In this document: one piece after another, positions 49,822 through 57,304 of the stretch
How the letters are laid out: each line of letters starts with the position of its first letter
How positions within the stretch are numbered: position 1 is the stretch's first letter
IMG/VR virus record: IMGVR_UViG_3300028886_000058
Span: 60,602-124,601 of that record
DNA length: 64,000 nt
Origin: a virus
Taxonomy: Duplodnaviria; Caudoviricetes
Reading direction: 5' to 3' (one strand)
Made by a program: the position numbers and the translations under genes
Notes under the pieces: model-generated
What the model saw: the letters and a program-made list of their open reading frames with translations, nothing else
Database searches by the model: none
What the model was told of the DNA's origin: nothing

Positions 49822-49861
49822 GGTACCGAAATTTGAAGCCTTTCGAAAATTAGTATAAGGG
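49822..49861 (+). promoter_or_regulatory. Candidate class B promoter upstream of the tRNA/HNH/RAMP region
   Basis: GGTACCGAAATTTGAAGCCTTTCGAAAATTAGTATAAGGG. Confidence 0.6.
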
Positions 49862-49879
49862 GAGAAAGATCTCCCTTGT

Positions 49880-49906
49880 CCGGGTTTAGCGCAGTTTGGT
49901 AGCGCA
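49880..49906 (+). pseudogene. 5' fragment of a tRNA (Pro-like)
   Basis: CCGGGTT-TA-GCGC-AGTTTGGTA-GCGC-A gives an acceptor 5' strand plus D arm, then breaks off before the HNH gene. Confidence 0.65.
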
Positions 49907-49924
49907 TATATAGGGAAAAGGAGG

Positions 49925-50497
49925 ATGTTTATGAGTAAACCTGGATGTAAACCATATAAATGGGTTAAAGCACCAGCAGAACATCCGTATGCAACAAAGA
50001 AAGGCTTAATTCAACAACATAGACTTGTTGCAGAAACAATGGTCGATAGATACCTAAAACCAGAAGAAGTAGTACATCATATAGACGGAAACACATTAAA
50101 TAACGATGTTTCAAACTTGATGATATTCGCTACAGCAAAAGAACATAACGCTTTTCATCTTGGGGGAGCTGCTTGGAGTAATGACTTAATTATTTGGCAT
50201 TCATCAAATGTTTTACATGTAAAAAAATGTGATTATTGCGGAAAGTTATATATTCCAAAAGACTCAGCATTGTCAAAAATAGAAGAATCAAAATACTGTT
50301 CTAAAAAATGTATGGATAAATCAAAATTTATCAAGACACAAAATAAAATACCAGAAATAATTAATTTAATATATAAAAACAATGGCAACTTTTCGAAAAC
50401 AGCTAAAATCATAGGTATAACATCGACTGGACTATCAAAAATTTTAAAAACACATGGAGAAAAATATCACTCAAAAGATTATAAAAATATCTTTTAA
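49925..50497 (+). CDS. HNH homing endonuclease
   Basis: QHRLVAE...EEVVHHIDGNTLNNDVSNL...EHNAFH, then CDYC/YCSKKC Zn finger and a C-terminal HTH. Confidence 0.9.
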   Translation: MFMSKPGCKPYKWVKAPAEHPYATKKGLIQQHRLVAETMVDRYLKPEEVVHHIDGNTLNNDVSNLMIFATAKEHNAFHLGGAAWSNDLIIWHSSNVLHVKKCDYCGKLYIPKDSALSKIEESKYCSKKCMDKSKFIKTQNKIPEIINLIYKNNGNFSKTAKIIGITSTGLSKILKTHGEKYHSKDYKNIF

Positions 50498-50569
50498 TTC
50501 GCTGGTTTTGAAGCTATGGTGAGATAGGCTTCATGTAATAGGTTCGGTATGATTCCTTCCAGCGTTTGT

Positions 50570-50640
50570 CGAGGATGTAGTGTAACGGTAACACGCGTCG
50601 CTTGGGACGACGAGTAGCAGTTCGACTCTGACATCTTCGA
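50570..50640 (+). tRNA. tRNA-Pro(TGG), atypical acceptor/T-stem geometry
   Basis: CGAGGATG/CATCTTCG acceptor, GTGT/ACAC D stem, CGTCG-CTTGGGA-CGACG anticodon arm and TTCGACT T loop with a weak T stem. Confidence 0.75.
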
Positions 50641-50832
50641 CTTTAAACCGAGTGTATGGGACGAGGCTACACATTCCCATTCGAAACGCACAAAAACTCT
50701 CGCCCAGTGTAGGGGTAGGTGAACGGTAACGCGTAGCGCTACCGACACGAAGAAGAGAGTTGCTGGGTTTATATTCCTGCGGTTTGCCGGCTTTGTTATT
50801 ATTTTATGACTTACTGATAATGGAGAAAACGT

Positions 50833-51357
50833 ATGAAAACAAATTATGTTGCTTCTTGGCGTCCAGGTGCAGATAAGGTTTATAGCAAAAATATTGATGT
50901 TCAAAAGGTAGCTCAAGAAATGCTTGCTATTAAAGGTGAAAATAGTCTTGAAACAACTACTGCTGAAGAGATTGTTAATATGGCAAGAGACGAAAATACA
51001 GAGAGCCATAAAATTTTTGAGTGGGATGATTCTATAGCGGCTGAAAAATATAGAGTTACTCAAGCTCGTTACTTAATGCACGATGTGCACATTATATGGA
51101 CAAAGACTGGCAAAAAGAAAGAAAATAAAACAGTTGTTCCTGTAAGAATGTTTTATAACTTGAAAGGCGAACTTGGATATCATCCAACACCAGTTATTAT
51201 GAAGAACGATGATCTTCATAAGAAGCTTTTAATGACCGCAAGAGCTGAACTTGAAGCTTTTAAAAAGAAGTATGAAATACTTTCAGAATTAAAGCCATTA
51301 CTTGTTGAAATTGATAAAGTTATTTATGAATTAAAGATATTTGAAGAAACTGCCTAA
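50833..51357 (+). CDS. Hypothetical helical protein, partner of the RAMP-like gene
   Basis: TAEEIVNMARDENTESHKIFEWDDSIAAEKYRVTQARYL motif; ends 6 nt before the pentamer array. Confidence 0.75.
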   Translation: MKTNYVASWRPGADKVYSKNIDVQKVAQEMLAIKGENSLETTTAEEIVNMARDENTESHKIFEWDDSIAAEKYRVTQARYLMHDVHIIWTKTGKKKENKTVVPVRMFYNLKGELGYHPTPVIMKNDDLHKKLLMTARAELEAFKKKYEILSELKPLLVEIDKVIYELKIFEETA

Positions 51358-51363
51358 TAATCA

Positions 51364-51964
51364 TGCGGTTAGTACAATTAGGAGCTTATTACTTCTTTTG
51401 CATAGCTTATAATAGAATAGAAAAGGACAGCAAATAGATAAAACACTATAAAATATAATAAGCTTCTTATTGTGCTAACCGCACAGAACCTTACAATAAA
51501 ACAGAAAAGCAAACAATAGTTCCATGTAAAATACGTTAGCCTAATACAGAACACGAAAGCATATCTACCGGTCTGAATAAGGATGCAATGCATCCTGTAA
51601 GTTAATTTATGATATTATAAGTTAAATTACTATATAATATGATTTTATACCACAGTATACTATATAACATTGCATCTTTATTCAGGCTGGTAGTGATACC
51701 AGTTGTAGGTCATGACAGCAAAATATAGGATAGTTAAGAAAACCTTATGATTGGACAGGACACAATAATGTGTACCAACTATGTGGTTGGTACAATTGGA
51801 GACTTGTGAAAGTCTTTCAGCATATGACAAACTAGGACACTTTAGGCTAGAAAAACATATGACACAATAAAATACGACATAAGTCTTCAATTGTGCTAAT
51901 CGCACAACTATATTGCAATATAGCAAAACAAAGGTCAACCTAGGAAAAAACAACACATAATATT
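51364..51964 (+). ncRNA. Array of three long hairpins and six 5-nt-periodic (NNA-NN) tracts; putative guide RNA array
   Basis: Stems 51364-51391/51456-51483, 51565-51590/51668-51693 and 51782-51808/51878-51904. Eleven of the 12 non-Watson-Crick positions are G-U on the + strand. Pentamer tracts lie inside and between the hairpins. Confidence 0.85.
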
Positions 51965-51980
51965 TAAAGGAGTAAAAGAA

Positions 51981-52661
51981 ATGAAAAAGAAAGAAATCAA
52001 AGCAAACAATGAAGTAGAACTGATGAACATTCAAGCAAACATTAAGCATATGATTGTCACTGTTGAAGGTGATGGCGATCTTATTCTTAATAAAATGAAT
52101 GCTCGAAATGAACGCTGGCTTCTTGGTGGACGAGATAGCGGTGTTGAAGAACGTTCAAACGTGTGGGAAGATATCATTACGTCTATTCATTGGTATAAAC
52201 CACTTGAATGCGAAGACACTTATAAAGAATGTAATGAAGAAATGATGATGTCTCTTCTTAAGGAAAATAAACCGTGTATTTCTGCGTTTGCATTTAAGAA
52301 AAGCTTTGGAGATGCAACAGTACGGAACGAAATTGATACATATGCAACGAAGATTAATACAGCTGTTAATGTAGTTGCTGTTGGAGGACTTATTCCGATT
52401 GAATTCGGTGGTTGGAGCGTAGAAAAACGGCTGATGAGCCCGAAGAAAGGCAAGCCGCTTACTGTGCATCTTAATCATTTTCATAATTGGAGTGCTAAGA
52501 TTCAAATTGATTATATGGATCATGTATTTAGCCGTGATCAAATTCTGAATATTATCAATCTGGCTGGCTTTGGTCTTGGCATTGGAAGTGGACGAACTTC
52601 TGGATATGGGCGTTATCACATTACTAACGTAGATATGATTGAAGAAGCAGAAGCAGCATAA
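51981..52661 (+). CDS. Solo RAMP / Cas7-like RNA-binding protein
   Basis: N-terminal strand (MIVTVEGDGDLILN), PCISAFAFKKSF helix, WSAKIQIDY strand and C-terminal glycine-rich loop AGFGLGIGSGRTSGYGRY, as in RAMP RRM folds. No other cas genes or CRISPR array in the window. Confidence 0.75.
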   Translation: MKKKEIKANNEVELMNIQANIKHMIVTVEGDGDLILNKMNARNERWLLGGRDSGVEERSNVWEDIITSIHWYKPLECEDTYKECNEEMMMSLLKENKPCISAFAFKKSFGDATVRNEIDTYATKINTAVNVVAVGGLIPIEFGGWSVEKRLMSPKKGKPLTVHLNHFHNWSAKIQIDYMDHVFSRDQILNIINLAGFGLGIGSGRTSGYGRYHITNVDMIEEAEAA

Positions 52662-52710
52662 AAATAATTGATGAAAAACATCTGACAGCTCGGAAAGACG
52701 AGCATTTTAT

Positions 52711-52796
52711 CGGCTAGTGGCGCAATAGGCAGATTCGCAGGAGACTTAAAATCTCCCGGAGGTAACTCCATGTGGGTTCGAGTCCCACCTAGCCGA
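52711..52796 (+). tRNA. tRNA-Leu(TAA)
   Basis: CGGCTAG/CTAGCCG acceptor, GGAGA-CTTAAAA-TCTCC anticodon arm, long variable arm and GTGGG-TTCGAGT-CCCAC T arm. Confidence 0.9.
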
Positions 52797-52818
52797 CTTA
52801 TTTTTAGGAGGATCAAAT

Positions 52819-53043
52819 ATGATTGAATATATTGTTCCGGTAGATGAAAACCAACTAGAAAAAGAAGACTATGAATGGTTTAAAGAAAATTCACATGGAA
52901 GACTGATAAGATGTAAAGAGTGTAAGTACGCATTCTTTAAAGAAGGTCTTGTTCTTGAGAATCATGTTTTCTGTACAAAGGCTGGAACAGAACGAGGTAA
53001 CGCGGTGAAACCGAATGACTGGTTTTGCGCAGACGGGAGATAA
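52819..53043 (+). CDS. Zn-ribbon family Z1 protein (RCKxC...WFCADG)
   Basis: RCKEC...DWFCADGR. Confidence 0.65.
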   Translation: MIEYIVPVDENQLEKEDYEWFKENSHGRLIRCKECKYAFFKEGLVLENHVFCTKAGTERGNAVKPNDWFCADGR

Positions 53044-53045
53044 GG

Positions 53046-53300
53046 ATGACACATGAAATAAAATTGCATGAGACTTTTGCCGAAGCCGTGTTAAATGGTG
53101 ATAAAACGTTTGAAGTGCGATTTAATGATCGTGGTTACAGAATTGGAGACTATGTAAAATTTATAGTACTTAGCGATCTAAATAATGAAATATTAGATCA
53201 TCCATTGAATAATAACAAATACATAATTACATACCTTTTATCTGGTTGGGGAATTAAAGATGGATATGTAATATTTAGTATAAAGAAGGTAGAAGAATGA
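53046..53300 (+). CDS. DUF3850 / ASCH-PUA-like protein
   Basis: HEIKL...FAEAVLNGDKTFEVRFNDRGYRIGD...ITYL...GYVIFSI. Confidence 0.8.
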   Translation: MTHEIKLHETFAEAVLNGDKTFEVRFNDRGYRIGDYVKFIVLSDLNNEILDHPLNNNKYIITYLLSGWGIKDGYVIFSIKKVEE

Positions 53301-53614
53301 AAGTAACTAAATGGACATATTGGAATAATAATAAATATAAAGATATTAATGAACTTACAGACGATGAATTTAAAGAAGTAGAAGAAACTATTATCAAAGA
53401 AATAAAAGATAAAGGATATAAATTCTGCGGATCTGCTCATCAGAACATTGAAACTGGATGCCCAGTAATTGACGATAAATATATCTACTGCGTTTCGATG
53501 AGAAAATGGGGAGACATTATGGCAAGAGCTTACGACCTTCCAAACGAAGATGGACTGGCATATGTATTATGGTCATGGGCTGTTCCTGATGGAGAAACTT
53601 CTGTATATCCATAA
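53297..53614 (+). CDS. Hypothetical protein
   Basis: GSAHQ...PV...SMRKWGDIMA. Confidence 0.6.
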   Translation: MKVTKWTYWNNNKYKDINELTDDEFKEVEETIIKEIKDKGYKFCGSAHQNIETGCPVIDDKYIYCVSMRKWGDIMARAYDLPNEDGLAYVLWSWAVPDGETSVYP

Positions 53615-53738
53615 GATCAATATTTATTTACAAAAACCATATTAATGAACAAAAATAATAACATTATAGTTTAAAAATGAACTAAAAAGTAAAAATTATA
53701 AACACGGACAATAATATTACGATGTAGAGACGAAAACA

Positions 53739-53948
53739 ATGAATGACATACAAGAACTTGCGAATATAGCAGGAATGACTGCAAAAGCAATTGAAAGCGG
53801 TAAATTTGTTTGGGTTGTTCGATGCAAAAACTGTATCTTTGGAAAGCCCGAAGAAGACAATAAAACAAACAAGAAATGGGTCTACTGCTATCATTATAAG
53901 GAAAACCGACCAGAAGAATGGTTTTGTGCAGACGGAAAACGAAAGTAG
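53739..53948 (+). CDS. Zn-ribbon family Z1 protein
   Basis: RCKNC...EWFCADGKR. Confidence 0.65.
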   Translation: MNDIQELANIAGMTAKAIESGKFVWVVRCKNCIFGKPEEDNKTNKKWVYCYHYKENRPEEWFCADGKRK

Positions 53949-54361
53949 AGCGTCATTTCGGCACACGAATACAAGCCGTGTGTGGCACGTATGATGATGG
54001 AGGGATACTGGCCAACACAGCCGGAAGAGGGGGTAGGGCTTCCGGATTTTATAAGGAGGATATTGTTATGAAAAGTAAGCTGTTTGAAGTTATTATCATA
54101 GCACTTATTCTCGCCTTTTGTGCTAGCGCATGGATTTATGTATTAAATTACTTGTGAGGTAAAAATGAAGATTGTGCATTTTAACAAAATGTCAGTTCGT
54201 GTTCCGTTGAAAAACGACGAGAATGTTAAGGACGTTGAGAATAGATTGATTGAAGCAGTTGACTCTATAGGCGACGGTGTTGCCATGTACTTTAGTATTG
54301 AAATCGAAGATGAAGAATCATCATTCAATGAATGATAAATGTGTTGTCTTTAAAAACTTAA

Positions 54362-54434
54362 TGGGGTGTAGCCAAGACGGTTAAGGCACAGGACTTTGAC
54401 TCCTGCATCGTAGGTTCGAGCCCTACCACCCCAG
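54362..54434 (+). tRNA. tRNA-Gln(TTG)
   Basis: TGGGGTG/CACCCCA acceptor, CAGGA-CTTTGAC-TCCTG anticodon arm and GTAGG-TTCGAGC-CCTAC T arm. Confidence 0.93.
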
Positions 54435-54500
54435 CTTATTTTAACAGAACTCTGCAGGTTTTAAGTTTTGCAGAATCCTATTGAAAAGGAGCAGTTTGCA

Positions 54501-54854
54501 ATGTTAATAGAAAACCAAAAACCAGTTTGGAATGTATACATAGAAGACTACAACAAAAGAGAAATAAAAGTATTCAATGTATTTAATCATTATACGTTCT
54601 TTGAAAATTGCAAAAAAGAATTTAGAAGATATAGCAGACATAAAGATATTGAAAAACTGGAACATGAAATTAAAGGTTGGGCAATGTATTGTTTCTGGTC
54701 GAAGTGTGAATATGAAATTATATTGACTTCATGGCCTGAAAAAAAGGATTTTAAAGATATGAAGATTGATATTTACGATCAGCTTAATCTTAATTGGGAT
54801 TCGTTCTTTAAGTATGTCATGGAACATAAAGCCGATTTTTTAAGAAAAGAATAA
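54501..54854 (+). CDS. Hypothetical protein
   Basis: WNVY...FNVFNH...MYCFWSKCEYEI...KIDIYDQL. Confidence 0.65.
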   Translation: MLIENQKPVWNVYIEDYNKREIKVFNVFNHYTFFENCKKEFRRYSRHKDIEKLEHEIKGWAMYCFWSKCEYEIILTSWPEKKDFKDMKIDIYDQLNLNWDSFFKYVMEHKADFLRKE

Positions 54855-54857
54855 AAA

Positions 54858-54974
54858 TATGCGGTGGCGAAATAGGTAGACGCTTAGAACGTAAGGTGAA
54901 CATAAGGTCGAAGCTCGCATTGATCAGCGACTCCGCAGTACCATCATGTAAGGTGCAAATCCTTACCCGCATTT
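54858..54974 (+). ncRNA. tRNA-like RNA with replaced anticodon region
   Basis: ATGCGG/CCGCAT acceptor, Leu-type D arm TGGCGAAATAGGTAGACGC, 6-bp T arm GTAAGG-TGCAAAT-CCTTAC and an interior of about 64 nt with no canonical anticodon arm. Confidence 0.7.
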
Positions 54975-55156
54975 ATATGTTAGGTCTGCCGTGTCTGCGG
55001 ACATAGAGCAGTTGTGCAAGGCATGAGTGCCGAAAACATAATCCTCAAATTAATACTGTTGCTCGTCCCCGGGGCATAGAGTTACAGTAGCTTACGACAT
55101 TCCGATGCACATAGAGGATTTGGTGTCAAAACCTTTGGGAATGATTCGTGAGCATA

Positions 55157-55353
55157 GATACGGTGGCGGAATAGATTCCATCATTCCTGCGGGTAGTAGA
55201 TAAGGGCGTGGTTACCTATTATAATCACCTGAAAAGACAGGAGCGCAGGTCACGGTAAAGTAGACGCTATCAATATTCAGTTCGTGGCCCGCAGTAATGG
55301 GCGAGAGACCGAAACTGTAAGGTTATGTGGGGTGCAAATCCCCACCCGTATTA
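55157..55353 (+). ncRNA. tRNA-like RNA with insertions in the D loop and anticodon region
   Basis: GATACGG/CCGTATT acceptor, TGGCGGAATAG-[about 85 nt]-GTAGACGC and T arm GTGGGG-TGCAAAT-CCCCAC. Confidence 0.65.
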
Positions 55354-55372
55354 TTATGAAAGGATGATTATT

Positions 55373-55591
55373 ATGGACGAAGAATATGCCATTTCCTATG
55401 ATACACTTATTCATCCGGATTTGGAAGCTATTAAAAAGCGTGATGCTTTTCTGTCCGATAAAAACGGCAAGAAATTACGGGAAATGATAGACCAGATTCA
55501 CTTAATGGAAGAGATTTTAGATTGTAATAACTGTGAATATCCCAATGAATGTGAAAATTGCGCCCGCGCAATAGAAGATAGAGAAAGGTGA
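55373..55591 (+). CDS. Small Cys-rich hypothetical protein
   Basis: CNNC...CENC. Confidence 0.5.
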   Translation: MDEEYAISYDTLIHPDLEAIKKRDAFLSDKNGKKLREMIDQIHLMEEILDCNNCEYPNECENCARAIEDRER

Positions 55592-55600
55592 TAAAAAACA

Positions 55601-55942
55601 ATGACAGATCATACTCTTAATCTAATTTACGCTATTAAAAAGAGCGGTAAATCATGGAATCAAGCAGTTAGTGAATATATGTCTGCATATTCTGGTTCTC
55701 CCATTGAAAGATATGATGAGTATAGTCTTAATCATATTTTAAGAGAAGCATATTGCGATTATATATCTACTTGTGATAATCCCGCGGTAGAGGCACATAA
55801 ATTGTTAGAAATGATGGATAGTTATCCAATGTATTCGCGCGCCCATCATTTGGCAAATTGTATGGGATTGGCGCAAGTAAAAGATAAAGGAAAGTTCGTT
55901 AATGGCTTTAGAGAATATAATAATGAAATTAAGGATGGATAA
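55601..55942 (+). CDS. Hypothetical protein
   Basis: 113-aa ORF with SD. Confidence 0.6.
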   Translation: MTDHTLNLIYAIKKSGKSWNQAVSEYMSAYSGSPIERYDEYSLNHILREAYCDYISTCDNPAVEAHKLLEMMDSYPMYSRAHHLANCMGLAQVKDKGKFVNGFREYNNEIKDG

Positions 55943-55948
55943 AATAGG

Positions 55949-56212
55949 ATGCTTGCAGTCAGACTTGGAAAATTGCTGAAAGAGCAAGAAGAACAAATAA
56001 AAAGCCGTGATGAATCACTTGAAAAAGCATGGGAAGAAATCAAATGGCTTCGGGGAATGCTAAAAGAGCAGGAAACAGTAAAACCGATAGTAATGGATCA
56101 TATAGTTTTTGGAACAAATAGAAAATGTTCAAAATGTAATCAGGCACTTTTTCCTGCTGGAAAATACTGCCCACATTGCGGACAGGCGGTGAAGTGGGAT
56201 GAAGGTTGCTGA
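55949..56212 (+). CDS. Zn-ribbon family Z2 protein (LLKEQ...CxxC...YCPxCG)
   Basis: CSKC...YCPHCGQAVKW. Confidence 0.65.
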   Translation: MLAVRLGKLLKEQEEQIKSRDESLEKAWEEIKWLRGMLKEQETVKPIVMDHIVFGTNRKCSKCNQALFPAGKYCPHCGQAVKWDEGC

Positions 56213-56373
56213 ATTTGAAAAATGCTTTATTGGGATTCCGATGAAGGACGGGGAAACCCGTGAAGAAATTGAGGATAGGTTTATATCCGCATTGGAGTCG
56301 GTCAACGAGGATTGCGTTGCGACATACACGCTGAAAATCACAGAATACGATGATTAAAAGGTCGGTGAAGTGA

Positions 56374-56586
56374 ATGAGGCTGTTTAAGAAACGCAAAAGA
56401 AAACACTACAATTTGAGAGAAGAACTTGCAAAGTGGGTTGAAAAAACTATCGGTGCTGAATATGTAGAAGAAGCGCTCGATAAGTATGACAAAATAAACA
56501 GTGGTATTCCGATTGGTGGTATGGCTGAAACAGTTGCGTTTGTCGGTATGGTTGAAACTGTAAAAGCTGAAGTAGAAGGTCGGTGA
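56374..56586 (+). CDS. Hypothetical protein
   Basis: 70-aa ORF bounded by AAGGTCGGTGAA junction repeats. Confidence 0.55.
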   Translation: MRLFKKRKRKHYNLREELAKWVEKTIGAEYVEEALDKYDKINSGIPIGGMAETVAFVGMVETVKAEVEGR

Positions 56587-56931
56587 AATGACAATGGAAC
56601 AAATCATAGAAATGTTAGCACATGTGGAAATGTGCGTAACAGGAATGACAATATGCGTAGTTTTGATAATGGTTGCCACGCTTTTAACAGCAATTAATTC
56701 TTTTTTCAAGTAACTTATTAAAGTAGACAATAAAGTCGGTGAAGCGAATGAATGAACTTATTGATGTTCTTAACTGGATTCACAGAGATTTGCTGGTTAT
56801 TGCCACTATTCTGATTTGTTTTGTGCTGTTTAAGGATTGCCACGGTTATAGTAATTCTGGAATAGTTGACGAATTAAAAAACATCAAATCGATCATTCAG
56901 CACAAGAAATAAGAAGGTCGGTGAAGTTATA

Positions 56932-57288
56932 ATGGGACTGACTGAAAGGCATTGGTTTGAAGATGAAGAGCCGGAATTAACAGATCGACAATTAGAAGAT
57001 ATAGTATATGAAAACAAAAAGGCGTATGACAATGGTTATGTAAAAGGCTTCCATGATGCTAAAACACTTGAGGAATATTTTGTTGAACTTGGAGTAAAAA
57101 TAGGGTTTTTGACACCGGAAAAAGCAGAACAACTATTAAAAGAACATCCACAAATAATCCGATGCAAGGATTGCAAGCACGGGAAGAGCAGGAAAAATGC
57201 TAAAGGCGAAGACATGATTGATTGTTTGCTTGCGGATAATTGGTTAAAGTCTCCTGATTGGTTCTGTGCTGACGGAAAACACAAATGA
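56932..57288 (+). CDS. Zn-ribbon family Z1 protein
   Basis: LLKEH...RCKDC...DWFCADGKH. Confidence 0.65.
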   Translation: MGLTERHWFEDEEPELTDRQLEDIVYENKKAYDNGYVKGFHDAKTLEEYFVELGVKIGFLTPEKAEQLLKEHPQIIRCKDCKHGKSRKNAKGEDMIDCLLADNWLKSPDWFCADGKHK

Positions 57289-57304
57289 ATAACGGGGTGA
57301 TGGG

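Noticed and set aside
50500-50564. 3' half of the broken tRNA or a further tRNA after the HNH gene
   Set aside because: It forms a stem-loop (CGCTGG/CCAGCG) but has no complement to CCGGGTT and no proper T or anticodon arm.
51364-51964. Canonical CRISPR array next to the Cas7-like gene
   Set aside because: There are no identical direct repeats of 25-40 nt with regular spacers; the structure is hairpins plus period-5 tracts. No cas1/2/5/6 genes are in the window.
51378-52049. Minus-strand ORFs 51378-51593 and 51678-52049
   Set aside because: The F/Y/C/L-rich translations are by-products of the pentamer periodicity, they are antisense to the operon, and G-U pairing favours a + strand RNA.
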